Below are positions 29,110 to 43,200 of a stretch of 64,000 bases of DNA, piece after piece; the stretch's first letter is position 1; every line of letters starts with the position of its first letter. The notes under the pieces are model-generated. The model was not told the origin of the DNA, searched no databases, and saw only the letters and a list, made by a program, of their open reading frames with translations. The translations under genes and the position numbers were made by a program. Source of the stretch: Nitrospirales bacterium (GTDB lineage: Bacteria; Nitrospirota; Nitrospiria; Nitrospirales; UBA8639); contig CBDBCZ010000012.1 of NCBI GenBank assembly GCA_965203295.1, positions 32,001 to 96,000 of the forward strand, given 5' to 3'.

Positions 29110-31680
29110 AGATACGATACATGCACTGCATTTTAAAAACCATTATAGGCAAAATTACTGTGTTTGACTTTGGGGAAAGTTTCACTCTTTGTCAGCGTTT
29201 TTGACAGGACAAACACACTACATTTTATACCATTTTATCCTAAATCTTTGCATTTTAATTTCGGGAACGTTTCTGCTCATCGTGCATGTTTCCGTCGATA
29301 TATAACTTTATTTTCAATACCCTTGTATGTTAAATCATTGCGTTTATACTTTGGGAACGTTTCTGCTCATTTCAAGCGTTTCTAACAAGACTATACACAG
29401 CATTTCACTACAATTATATCATGCTGAAGCATTGTGTTTTAATTTTCGGGAACGTTTCTGCTCTTCGTAAGCATTTCTGACAAAACACATGCACTACATT
29501 TTCAATGCCTTACTTTATATCATTGTGTTTGAATTTTTGGAGCGTTGCTGCTCTTTGTAAGCGTTTGTGACAACATATATACACTGCATTAGCAAAGCAT
29601 TATATGTTCAATCATTGTGTTTGAATTTTTAGGACGTTTCTACTTGTTATCAACGTTTCTGACAAGTTATGTACACTGCATTTTAAAGACCCTTATATGG
29701 TTTGAAATTCAGTCGCGTTAATTGCTACTCGTTTTCAACGTTTCTGGCATGATTATAATGTCCACCGAATCTTCAATACACTTATATTATATGCTAAATG
29801 ATTGTGGTTATAATAATTTTATCGGAAGCATTTCTGCTCTCCGTAAGCGATTCTGACGCCGTATTAACACTGCATTTTCAAGGCCATTATATGCTAACTA
29901 TTGTGTTTGAATTTCGGGAGCGTTCCTGCTCTATGTTAGCGTTTGTGACAACATACATAAACTGCATTTTCAATACTTTTATAGGCTAAATTAATGTGTT
30001 TAGAATTCGGGCACGTTTCTGCTCATTTTGAACCTTTCGGAAAGCTTCTACTAGTTGTAAGCATTTCTGATAGGACATATAAACTGCATTTCGAATGCAT
30101 GCGTTTTTATGCTATGTCATTGTACTTACATTTCATGAAGGTTTCTGCTCATTGTGAGCGTTTCTGGCGACTGCATTTTCAATAATTACATAGGCTAAAC
30201 CATTGTATTTGAAAATTGGGAGCATTTCTGCTATTTGTAAGCGTTCATGACAAGACACATGCATGCTGCATTTTCAAAAGTTTTTTATGCAAATTCATTG
30301 TGTTCAAAATTTGGGAGCATTTCTGCTCTTAGTAAGCATTACTGACAATATATTTATACACCGTCTTTTATATGCGAAATCATTGAGCTTGAACTTCAGA
30401 AAGTTTGTAGTCTTCGTGACCGTTTATGCAAGATATATGCACAGCATTTTCAATTTCTTTATGTGCTAAACGATTGTTTTTGAATTTCGAAAGCATTCTG
30501 CTCTTTGTAATCATTTATAACATTCAAGGTACATGCACTGCATTTTCAATTTCTTTAATTGCAAATTCGCTATAATGTTGGAATTTGGAGATCGTTTCTG
30601 ACAAGATATATACACTGCATTTTTAATGCCATTATATGCTAAATCATAGTGTTTGAAGTTCGGGAGCGTTTTTGCTCTTTGTAAGCGTTTCTGACCAGAT
30701 ATATCCACTGCACTTTCAGTAGCTTTGTATCCTAAATCGTTGTGTTTGAATTTTGGGAACAGTTTAGCTCTTAGAAATTAGTAATCTTTTTCGACTAGAT
30801 ACTTGTACAGTAACTACATTTTCACTATACCATTAGAGCCAACATGATTTCAGGAGCGTTTCTGCACTTTGTGAACATTTTTGACAAGATGCATGAAGTG
30901 CATTTTCAATTATTCAACTGAATATTTATACATTAGTTTATACTAAAACATTGTGTTTGAATTTTAGGGGCGTTTCAGCTCGTTGTGAGCGTTTCTGATG
31001 AGGATATACACTGCATTTTCTATGCCAGGTTATGCTAAGTCATCGTTTTTTGAATTTTGAGCACGTTTTTATTCTCTGTAATTACGTAAGCGTTTCTGAC
31101 AAGATATACACACCGTATTTTCAGTATCTTTATATCTTATGTCATTGTGTTTGAATTTTTGAAAAGTTTCTGATCTTTGTAACGTTTCTGACAAGAGATA
31201 TATCCTACATTTTCAATACTTTTATATGCCAAATCATTGTGTTTAAAATTCGGGCACGTTTCTGCTCCTTTTGAAAATTTCTGACAAGACGTACACACTG
31301 CATTTTCAATACCTTGATATAAATCATTTTTTGGGTGAGTTGCTGCTCTTTGTGAGCGTTTTTGTTCATACATATACAGCATTTTCAATACCATTATACA
31401 TTATACCATTGTGCCTGAATTTTGGAAGCGTTTCAGCTCATTGTGAGCGCTTCTGACAAGATATACAAGGTATAACCACTGCATTTTCAATTGTATTGTA
31501 ATTATGCTGATCATTGTTTGAATTTTGGGAGCGTATCTCGGCTGTATCTGTCGGTCAGTTAGTAATAATGCATATGCAAAATCATAGTGTTAGAATTTTG
31601 GGACTCTGTGTAAGTGTTTCTGATCATGACCAAACACATGCACTACATCTCCAATGCCTTTGTATGTGTTTGATTTTCGG
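29110..31680. repeat. Degenerate ~90-bp tandem satellite (roughly 25-30 units), with more units at 20000-20450, 32930-33230 and 34316-34480
   Basis: Recurring unit like TTTCTGCTCTTTGTAAGCGTTTCTGACAAGATATACACACTGCATTTTCAATACCTTTATATGCTAAATCATTGTGTTTGAATTTCGGGAGCG, with spacing of 85-95 bp. Confidence 0.9.
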
Positions 31681-31764
31681 GAGAATTCAGGTAACGGTGG
31701 CAGATGCCATTGGGTAAATACTATTCAAAGTATGCGCAAATTGCAGAGATGACTGTATACTTAA

Positions 31765-32477
31765 GGTTATGGGATACTGGCCCGCTTTGATTTAATTTGT
31801 AGTGAATGCACAATGAATATCTTTGCAACTATAGGCCCTACAGCCACGATCTTTTCAGCATTTATTCATGGCCACTAGTTGTGTACTCAGTACAGAAAGC
31901 TTGTCTGTGGGCCCCTCCCTTGTTTAGATAGCGGTAATGGAGGGTTCAGCTGCTCACAATAATTTTTCTCGCCAAAAATCGCTGGAGCCACTGCTGTTAC
32001 TAGGCCACTACAGCTCTCTAAGGCTTCCTCACTATATTTATGAGGGACTGACGAAGGCTTTTTTTGTAGTTTCTCTCTGATACAGGAGATACAGCCTCTT
32101 AAACCTAAGAAGGTGTGGTCCAGAGCGCTCAGAGCCATACCTATTCACTTGCCATTCTGTTGGTGTAAATAATTGCTTCAAAAGCCTTCGTCAGTCCCTC
32201 ATAAATATAGTGAGGAAGCCTTAGAGAGCTGTAGTGGCCTAGTAACAGCAGCGGCTTCAGCGATTTTTGGCGAGAAAAATTATTGCGAGCAGCTGAACCC
32301 TCCATTAGCGCTATCTAAACAAGGGAGGGGCCCACAGACAAGCTTTCTGTACTGAGTACACAACTAGTAGCCATGAATAAATGCTGAAAAGATCGTGGCT
32401 GTAGGGCCTATAGTTGCAAAGATATTCATTGTTCACTCACTACTTATTAAATCAAAGCGGGCCAGTATCCCGTAACC
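31765..32477. mobile_element. Palindromic MITE with TTAA TSD, Kolobok-like
   Basis: ~300-bp near-perfect inverted arms (31765-32062 / 32180-32477), flanked by TTAA on both sides. Termini are GG..CC (purine start, Kolobok-like rather than the piggyBac CC..GG). Confidence 0.85.
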
Positions 32478-32984
32478 TTAATTGCTCACCTCGAGACACA
32501 GCCTCAGGGCATTTGATGAGAGGCGGAGAGCTTCTCTGGACTCCAGTAGTCTCCAGTCTCTGTGCTCTCCCGGCTGGCTCGGCGTTATGCCTCTCTGGAG
32601 CACGGGCACTCTCCTGCGTCTGACGCCGTCTTCCGGCCCTGCCGCAGTTCGGCAAATTGTGCTGTCAACAGCTCGATATTTCTCTCCCATTTGTCGCGGG
32701 CCGGGTTCTTCGCAAAACTCAACTTCAGTATAATAATTATAGAACTCAACTCCAGTATCCAGTGTAGCACGTATACACATCACATCACTCACATGCACAA
32801 AATGCAACGGACTATTTATACAGTTTTCCAAACAATGGTGTCTCTGGGTACAAGTCTGACACTAATATTTTGTAACAATTACAACAATGGCTATCTTTGT
32901 TCTATGACTAACATGTGATAGCTGGTAGGTCTGTTACTTTGTAAGCGTTTGTGACAAAATAGATACTGTAACATTTGTACTGCA

Positions 32985-35900
32985 TTTACAATAACACCAA
33001 TATTATGCTCAGTCGCTGTGCTTGAATTTCGGGGACGCGTTTGTGCTCGTTGTGAACGTTTCTGACAAATTGTATACACTGCATTTTGTGACCTTTATAA
33101 TTATTGTTAGTATAATTTCGGGAATGTTTCTGGTCATTGTAAGCGTTTTCGACAACATAGACACTCGTCTACATTTTCAATATCTTTATATGCTTAATCA
33201 TTGTGTTTAAATTAGGGGAGATATTCTACCCATTGTTAGTCTTGAGTTTTAGTATTAAGACCGTGTTTCTCGACTTGAAGTAGCAGAATGAATGCTAGGG
33301 TGGTTCCAAAACTAATGCTATAGCAACACCTGTACGGCAAGTATACATTAGAACCACAAAAGAATGCGTACAGTGCATTTACATGTTAACTAAGGTGTTT
33401 CAAACTAAAGATACAAAAGGACTAAGCCGGGTGGCAAGTAAATAAATGGTGCAAACTAACATTTGTCAATATCACTAATGGTGCCAACAAGTGTTTTGCT
33501 GAACTTTGTCCCATTTGTTATTCCAAGCAGGAAGCGTTCCATAAAAGAAAGTGTGTGCATACATGGTGTGGGATAGGCAATGTCGAAAACATAATACACT
33601 GCTATAAGGGCAACAATGGCCTTGTATATACAGCGAAGGCAACTCAGCCAACAGTTCTTTCTCCGCGACAAGGAAGAACTGCATGTCCATGCACTGCCAA
33701 ACTGAATCAGGTACGGTGTTGAAATGCCACCTGATATCTTGGCATCGAGATCTTCACTATCCTGGTTAAAGGAGAATTAAAAGCAACAAATTGTTATCCA
33801 GGGCAACTGGAGTCAATATATAAGGCAGCTGATGAATGTCTTGCAAGGTTCTTGCACCAGATCTTGCAGGATTTTTCTATGAGTCACGCAAATTTTAACA
33901 CAAGATTCTAACACCTTGCAAGATTTTTGTTGCATGATGAGAAGTTTTGCAAGGGCTTGCAAGAAATAAAATGCAAGATCATGCAAGAAGTGGCCAAAAT
34001 TTTTGTGAGTCCTGCAAGAAGTCTGCTAGATAACTTACAAAATTCTGCAAGAAAGCTATGTTAGAACATTGCAAGACCTTGCAAGGAAACTCTGCATTTC
34101 ACAACATGAGGATTCTACACAAGCACCTGATAGAATGGTTCTTTTTTGTCTGCCATCAAAATGAAACCCTTCTTCTGATGTAGTACCTCCACAAGAAACT
34201 GCAAAACATGTAGCTACCAAGATTCCCAGTTAAGGTCATATCCAATAGCAGACAAGGCCTACAAGTTAATGTACCTGACAAACATTGTCCTTGAACAGGG
34301 ACAGCATCTTCCCAGTTGTTTTTAAAATTCGGGCACGTTTCTGCTCCTTTTGAAAATTTCTGACTGACATATATACTGCATTTTCAATACCTTGATATAT
34401 AGATAATTTTTTGGGTGAGTTGCTGCTCTTTGTGAGCGTTTGTGTTCATACATATACAGCATTTTCAATACCATTATACAAACGCATAAACTAAGGCACC
34501 AGACTACACACTGGAATTTATCCTTAGCAGTAACTTGCACTCATACTGAACACTCCCTTCAGCACACCATAATTACCATGTTCATCAGCATCATTGTCCA
34601 CCGCAATCCCACCAGCCATATTCACAATATTATAGGATATACGTAGTTCACAACCGACACTACATGTACAGCATATCCTACACTGCTACATGCATTATAT
34701 ATCTACATAGTGCTCCCTGCCTCACAGAAAACTACTGTCACCATTAGCCAGACCCATGAGTCACACAACTGCATAGAAACAATTAAAAATTATCTATTAG
34801 CAAATACATTGACTCCTCCATACAGTAGAGAATATGACACTTCTCACTTGATATGCTACAAACCTACAAATGCACAGTCACTCTAAGAGCGCAGCTAAAT
34901 GAAGACCTGCACGGAAAACTGCATGATGTGTGTGGCATGGAGGGGATGGTGGCGTGTGTTATTGGAATGGTAATCCGTGAAAGTTCTGTGGTACCTTGTT
35001 CGGTTACTTTACGTTTTCATTTCTACCTGCTCTTTCATTTTTGAATACTTTTTTTTTTTAAATCTATGCTCATTTCTGTGTAGTATATTGCGATCCAGTG
35101 ATGTTGAACACATTTTCTGTGTCTCTATTCGATAGTTTATGAAGGAGTCGAGCTCTGTGGACACCCCTCTAAATACATTGGCCATGCTGCAGACCAAGCA
35201 AAAGGCTTCACAGGCGGCCTACATAGTCCTCAGCGGAGGGTCTCAGTCCATGCTTGCGTAAGTGGCTACAGTAGCACTAGTAAACTGGTAATGTAAGACA
35301 TACTTCTTGCATAACGATAAGTTCCACAAACTAGTAGATCTTACTGGTCGGGCACACACTTTCTACACACCCAGCTAACAAAAATGAAACATGGTAATCT
35401 GCAGCATTAAAATATTCCTATATATATACCTCATTGTCATGATATTATTTTAGCATTGATAAAATTAGTGTATTTCTTTCCTTTAGGCCAGATATAGCAA
35501 AGAAAAAGTAAGCAAGTGCAATGGCAAAATTATTAGGAAACTGAACTGGCAATTGTTGTAATGTCTTCTGTGCACATCATTACATGTATATACATGGTTG
35601 TCACTGAGTGTACAATTCTCTCTTTTATTATAATGATCACAAATATTATTATGGACTGTGGTAGTAATTATTTAGTGTGTGAGTGTGTGCTAAGTATGCT
35701 TATAACTAGATAGGAAGGTTCCTGTGACCTAGTAGGGAGGTTGAAATTAAGGCTTGTATCATGGTTGGAAAAAAAAAAATTCAGAGTATGAAAAAGTTAA
35801 TATAAAATGATCAAGCAACGATTGAGTAATCCAATTGGCCTTGGAAGTATAGTCTTACTTCCTCGGGCAATAGACTTTCTGAAGCGTTGTAGAAAATACA

Positions 35901-37034
35901 GATTTTATGCAAAATTTTATGTTGCGGGGCCTGTGAACGTCCTTTTAACTCTAACCCTGAGCCTAACCCTAACCCCTAACAATACAATGTTGGCAAACCT
36001 GGACAGTATAGCTAGATCGTCCCTATTTATACGTACTGCATGACGTCCTACATATGTTGCAGTTAGACAATTTAAGTGATTACGAGTCCGGGTGCTGAAC
36101 TTCAGTAGGTTGCAGTTAGAGCGTTTCGGCAACTCATTGAGGTTCAGCACCCGAGTTTGGGAGCAAAACATTGCAAACTGTGTGCTGCTTTTTAAGCATG
36201 CATGTACATGCTAAACTGGCCAGGGATTCCTCCCAAGGGACTATATATCAGGAAATGAGGCCACATGCCCCGGTTCGGTCTCCCATCAGGAAGGACTCCG
36301 GTTATTTGAGGAAGGATCAAGGGAGGAACCCGGACGGATCCTAGGCCGTATCGTCCGAGACCACGGTGGAAGTTTTCCTTCCACTCTTACCAACCTCAAC
36401 CGGGCTTCCCGAAAGAAGCGACCAGCATTCGACCAGACCTTTTTGCGCACCCCAAAGGGTACTGGGTCTGGCCACCGGCTGACAGCCAATAAATGGCTGC
36501 ACCAGAGAAGCCAACTCGGCCGTACTCTAGTGTCTTCCTAAACACATTTTGCATGTACTCACAGCGATGAACTCTGCGAGGTGACCGAAGTGCAAGGGTG
36601 CAGGGCCGCCTTTTATACTCCCCACTAAGGCAACTTGATTATGGGTTTCGCTTGTACTATACGCTGCGGCATTGCAGCGGCAGCAACTGATTGGTCGGCA
36701 GCTGTGTTTCTGAGGATAATAGCTAATAGATAATAGATAATAGCTGACTACGCATTGCATATTGCATATTGACAAACGTGCACGTGGGGGCGGGGCACCT
36801 GGAGTGTTTCCGGAAAATCGGTTTGATAATGTAACTCTACACATAACTGGTGGCCTTCACATGCATCCTTCAATGATGCATGAAGAAAAGTTATCTTCTT
36901 TGAAACTTCAGTAAACCCTTCAATCAAGAACATACGTAGAAGAGATTTTTTTCTACAGCTTCAGTTTTTTTGCTTCACACGTAGTGCGAACGGCTACGCT
37001 TACAGAGCGGTGTCATCACGCACGTGCGTTTTAA
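32985..37034 (+). repeat. Mosaic duplication of five blocks from 11.7-31.4 kb
   Basis: 32985-33788 ~ 20005-20946; 33791-34315 ~ 28174-28674; 34316-34480 ~ 31237-31400; 34493-35370 ~ 11749-12044 + 15782-16359; 35371-37034 ~ 18133-19996. Confidence 0.9.
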
Positions 37035-38306
37035 TACGATCCTCGTGGTGAAAAACAAGGACAAGTTTATGATCTCCCGCCTTCGAGGTTGAGCTAAAGC
37101 AAGAGATGGTGAGTTCTAGCTGTAAGAAGTTGAAAAATTATAACTAGGCCTAGGCTTACGCAGAATGCAGTGCATTGTGAGCGAGCAATACTGTCACTGC
37201 AATTTTGGTCCGGAAAATTTTGCCACACCCCCCCCCCCCCCCTCCCCCCCCCGACCGAAATTTTCAGTGGAAAATCGGTTCCCCGGACCAATTTTTCGGA
37301 AAAAATGGTCCGCCTGTATGGCATGTTATCCATGCCAGTGTTACGTTCCCAGTATTGAGACCAGGACAATTTGCCGCGGCAAACTGGCTCGGCCCACTTT
37401 TGCGCTCCACTTAGGTCACCTATAAAATAGAATGGTGGGTGCGGTTAGGAGGGGCTGGGCTAGGTGCAGCTGAGCCGGCCACTTCTTCCCGGAACATTTA
37501 CCAGGCCGGGACATTTCCTGGCCATTTTGTCCAGGCTGGCGAAACATTCTCTTAGCTGGAACATTTTGCCTGATCTGGCTAGATATAAGACCGTGTATTT
37601 ACAGTGTCCGTCCTGTTTACTGGTAAACAAGGTAAACACGGTTGTTTAAATTAGATTGCTTCGTCAGTGATTGCAGGGTACTGTTAAAAAGTCAAGAAGG
37701 ATAAACACTGACATGGGTTAACTTGGGTAAACATGGGTAACGTGGGTCTACATGGGTTAACTTAACGTGGGTATACATGGGTATACCCAACGAGTAGTAG
37801 AACCTAACAGTGAGTTTATACACACTACCTTGTGGTCGTGGAACAATCTGCAAATATAGGAGCATGCACTGAATGAGTGGGGAGAGTTGGCACCATTAAA
37901 AACTCTTTAACACACCATCCCTGACTCTCAAGGTCAGGCATTCAGACTGGTTCAGATCTTTTTGTTATTGGTGTTGATTAGTTATGTTTTATAGCAGGTT
38001 TTCAATTTTCTACCTTTCCTAAGAACGTTTCTTTGTGGGGGGCAGCTTGGTTTGGGGCAGCTCTTACAATTTTTTAATTAAGTTTCATAAGTTTTTAGGC
38101 CTTTTCAACTTTTTGTAGGAGGCTCCTGCTGGTCTCAGTAAGACCTTATGGTTAAGCTGGGAAGGTGCGATTTTCTCTGAATGTTTTTTTAACAGAGGGA
38201 AGACCTATTTGGTCCCCTTTTTTACCTTTTTTAATTTTTTTTTTTAACTCTTTCATTTTCTGCGGTCACAGGTATGTTCGACAAAATATATAACTACTTT
38301 TTAATG

Positions 38307-38403
38307 AAAGTGTATGTGTTTTTAGTCCATGTATACATGGACTAAAAACACATACACTTTTGAACTCAAAATCTCATTATAATGAGATTTTGAGTTCAAA
38401 AGT
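38307..38403. repeat. Two abutting perfect palindromes (54 bp and 48 bp)
   Basis: 38307-38360 and 38356-38403 are each self-reverse-complementary with no spacer. Confidence 0.95.
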
Positions 38404-39624
38404 TTTTGCTGCGAAACAAATTTGTGCCAAATTTTTGTAAGCCTTGGTAGGCGTGTAGCAAATTAATCACGTTCTCAATCCATAGATACGTAGGTATCAT
38501 TTTGAATTCCCAGACTTTGTTTAGAGGCAATCTGTAATTGTGTATTACTAACCATTGTGATTGAGCATAAAGAAAATCATCCATACCTGTAATTACTTCT
38601 ACGTCTAGCTGATCATCACTGGACGAGGGACCTGTCTTCTGTGTTCGAGTGTACATCACTTTCGTCTTCACTCTTGCCTTCTACAGACTGCTGTACTGGT
38701 ACCGGTAAGTTAACACAATCTCGACATTTACATTCAGGACCACAAAGCTTTGATTTCTTACGACAACCACATGCATTAGCCTTGCATCCTTTCTTACAAC
38801 TACATCACTTTTATTTTCTTTATTTAGTGCCCACATTCACCCCTAGGAGTCTCATACCCAGACCTCCCAAGCCTTCCCGAAATCAATCATTCCCTTGATT
38901 TTATCTTAAACCCCAGGGTCTTCCGAATCTAAGGTATAACTACCGTCTTGGTGGAGAACCCATCCACTCTCGTCAGGAGGTGGAAGCTGAGAATACACAT
39001 CTGATTGAGGTGAGTTCTGCCATAGCCGGCTTGTCCAACAGGATCTGATCCAGTGGCGCCACAGGGCAGTAAAGGAAGGCACTCGTTATTCCTCGCATGT
39101 AATTCTGTCCGCCATAGTTTCCCTTATTTTTTGTAGCCAAATTCGATGCCTTCCTGTATGATTAAGTGTAGAATCAATGGAGTTAAACAGGTGCTGTGGT
39201 GCTTCGTGACTGTACTGAGAATTAAAAGCGTCGAAACTATCGGCCTACTGTAGACTCGGGTTATCAGGCGCACTTCATTATGTAGCGCACATACGCTATC
39301 GGGCGCATGCTTGCTTCTTGTCCCAAAGCCGCAAAAACCTCGTTAAGAGGCGCACGTTCCAATTAAACGTAATATGGGGTGGAGCAACTGCACACAAAAT
39401 CGAACGGAGCCGGCTAGCAGCTAGCTGAGAGGATAACTTTCTAGGGATCACATTGCAACTGCCCCGTCATCGAGTAGCTAGCTAGCTAAGTCAAAGGCCT
39501 ATAGAGGGAGCAAACATGTACCAATCCTGATTCGAGTTGACTGAGCACGCTCTTGTCTCAGACCGCTCTCCGCTCATTTTCATCTCCAACCGCTCTCTGT
39601 CGAGTTACATCGCGATCCCTTTAA

Positions 39625-39711
39625 CCCCCGTTATGTAGCGCACTACGTTATGTAGCGCATATAATTTTGCTATTGTGCAAGTTCAATCATTTGACAAGAA
39701 ATTAGCGGGGG
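39625..39711. mobile_element. Candidate minimal piggyBac-like element (87 bp)
   Basis: TTAA-CCCCCGTTAT ... ATTAGCGGGGG-TTAA. Confidence 0.45.
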
Positions 39712-40251
39712 TTAAATATAGGGTTCACACAAGGTGTGAATACCCCCCTCCCCTGAACTTTAACTTCCATTATATGTTGAATAATGATTTTTAAAAACCT
39801 ACCCCCATTCTAAATTATTCTTTTGCCAGCGATGCCAATTACATGATTGTGGCTGAACAACTTACTTTAGGATATTAATAGTATGGTATATGCAAGCGAA
39901 ATGCTTAAGAATCCAATATAATATCAACAGACTGTTATGCAACAAAGAATGCTAGGGCTTAATGTCATATGAGGACATTTGTGAGAGGTTATGCAGTTTG
40001 GCAAAATATGTAGCTGATAGTTTGCCACTGGCAGTTGGTCCCAGCTCCCATATCTTGGCATCCTTTTTCAAGTGCGTATATATATACTATCCCCTACGTT
40101 ACCCATGCATGTAGTACCAACACTGAGTTCTGTTATTGTCATTTGTATTCCACAGTATACACACTTTCCTAAGTCAAAGGCAAGGATATTGCAATACTGT
40201 TAAAGCTGTGTTATAGATCTTGTGAGCTCAGTTTTGTTCATTGCTTGGCAG

Positions 40252-43200
40252 ATATACTGGATGAGGGAGAGGATGTTCTGGTGAACGTCACTATGGTTGA
40301 CCAGGAGAAGGCAGATAAGAATGTGGAGAATCGTAAAGGAAAGCCTGGGTACGACCCATACGAGGAGGAAGAAGATGAATTTGGAGATGTGAGTAAATAT
40401 AATATCGAGTACAGCAGTTTTTATCTACTTTGAAACTGCAGACCAGAACAGTAAAACAGTGTTCTGTAAGGTAAAGCCTAGAGGTGACCACGACTTCAAA
40501 GCCTAATCAATTATTCGCACATCCACTACTGGATTTGGTGATTTGACGTTACTAGTTGCTAGCAAGGCTTTACGAACCTTCTTACTGACTCACAGCAGGA
40601 AGTGTGGCTATATGTATAATCATGCTGAAAAGCCTGAGAGCATGTTTCTAAAATTTAACTAGAAGCCCTTGATATATAGACGCCTCCATATTACGGACAT
40701 GCAGGGTTAATCCAGATTGTTAACTTCCGTTATGATTACCAATAGGGGACAAAACCATGCCCCCTCCAATTTATTTTTCTCCTAACATTGTTATCTACCT
40801 CCCATGGGTAAGTGCATACTCAGTGACTGCAGACTACCTTGCCTCTTGTGATTTGTTTGCCAGATATTCACTTAAAGTTAAAAAATTCATTTAGGTTGAG
40901 AGGGAGGCCAGATAGGGTCCTAGGTATAAGCAAACACACTTTGCCTTTCAGAGAAAATTTAGAGAAAGATTATTGAGCTCTTAAGTAGCATGCACAATGG
41001 AACTCAAATAGAGGTCCAAAAGTTTTGATTTGAGGATCTTCATCAGTGAAATTACAAAACTGCGCAGGAACTCAAGCTTAAGTACTGGGAATGAAAGATT
41101 TGCCTTGCATACTAGAACTAAACAATATAATTCCCAAATGTGAGTCAGTTTTGGAAAGCCCCTATTAGTCAACTTATCAGGTTATCATTTACACCTTGGC
41201 AGTGGCATTAAAATTGGCAAAAAATTCCAAATCTACATTGTATGAAGCTTGATCCCCTTGTTATTCTTTTAATACCAACTACTTAATGCCTACATTTCAA
41301 ACATGGGTGTGTTTTACAGTACATGTTTAACTTAGAGCTAGTGCAATAAGTGTTATGTTCTGTAAGGTAAAGCGGGACAGAATTTAATCCCGGGGGTAAT
41401 TCCGACACTGGAGTGTAGATCCAGTTTCACAGAAGTTGTGAAGCTAAAAACTGCTATGCTTATAGCTGTCCTATTGACTATACTGAGGCATCAAATTATT
41501 GCCTAACTCCACAGTACGCTGTAGATGTAAGTGCAACTGTTGGAATTACCCTGCCGTCGGAAGAGCCCCTCCTTACCTTGTGTCATAAGGTAGTCATAAC
41601 CTACATGTACATGAAACACACCTACTAAAGAAAGTTACATGTAGCTAAGATAATTATATGTACACAACAAGCCAACCTATCTTGTAAGTGAGTGCATACA
41701 GCACGCATCTCTCTATAAAAATGCATTTACATACATGCATACATACATACAGGTAAAGCCACCACCAATACTGAAGAAGTACAATGAGGAGATTGAAGGA
41801 GAGAAGAAGGAGTCTTTTTCTTTGGGTATGTACATGTACGTACAAATGCTACTTATATATTACTGGTATACTGTATAGCTGGAAAATTTGGCAATTTGGC
41901 AATCGTCGATGGAGCCACCAAGTTTAAATTACTTCTCACCAAATTGACTTCCTCCAATATGTTGTTATGTCACCTTTGAATGCATTGAACTAGCTAATTA
42001 GGTATTTTTGAGAGGGAAACTGTACAGACAGGCACTTCCAGCCCTCCTTTAGGCACATCCACTGAAAGATACCTGCTCTGGAAACAGTGCAGTGAAACTT
42101 GGAATAACACTCAAGCTATCGATGAATTTCTTGGAACATGGCCGACAACAGCATTCCTTTGTGTAAACTGCTACTGCCTAGGAATCCTCGACGTTACCAC
42201 TCTAGCTAGCTAGTTGTCTTCTACTGCAGTAGTTCCCCCAGCGAGAGAGTCCACGTAGTCTTGTCTATGGCAGTCTATGCTCAAGCACTCGATAGCTTCT
42301 GAACTAATGCACGGTTGACGCAATAAAGTTTGCTTCGCAATCGCAAATCACCAAAATTGAATTTTGCCATTATTTATTTACAGCCAGTATTGGAAATATT
42401 TCATCAAATATCACTCCTGTCAATTTTTCTGGCTATACATAAATTATGCATGTACTTACATGTATATAAGTGTATGAGTTGGGCGCATTTTGGGAATTTG
42501 TACAATTGTACTGCACATTTTATGATTTCATGGTGAGTTAGGGTCAGGGTTAGACTTAGGGTTAGGGTTGGGGCTAGGGTTAGACCTACCGAGAGGGTTA
42601 GTTTGTAGTTTTTTGAATGTGCAATGCAATTTATGGAATGCACAACGCAATTTATACAGATAGTTCCGATTCATAGAAAGAGCCTAACATGTGTATGTAT
42701 TCCAGCACTGTAGCCATGTCTACACGTATGACTCTTTCACTATACTGTGTAGGAGAAGCTGGGGAATTCGACACTGCAGAGCAGCGAGAAAGAGAGATTG
42801 TCAGACAGAAGCTTAGAGCTAGAGGAGTGAGTCGATTTTATTATAGTGGTTGAGGGGGAAGGGAAACATAATATCAGGCAACTTGAGTTTTAAATAGTTA
42901 CATGCTGAAAAAGGGGTATTGGTAAGGTACATGTACATGTAGAGTAGCCTCGAACTCAGGCCTTCTACGCAGATTTTTTTGCAGCCTTGGCAAAAATCTG
43001 CGTGGAAGGCCTGGGTTCGAGGCTACATGTAGAGTGAGCTGGCTCCCATTTGCATGTTACAGGCATCGTCTTCTCACAGTGTTTGAATACCTATAGGGAA
43101 GTTGTAGCAGTATATCGAGGTACATGTAATAGTTAGATCATGCCTGAGAGATTTGTTAGCATTACACAAGGTTTATTGAATATCACAGAGTATACTTCCG

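Noticed and set aside
29110..31680. ~90-bp array as CRISPR or coding repeat
   Set aside because: The whole unit is repeated and degenerate, and there are frequent stops in all frames.
38396..38700. Minus-strand exon-like ORF
   Set aside because: No recognisable homology and no clear acceptor site.
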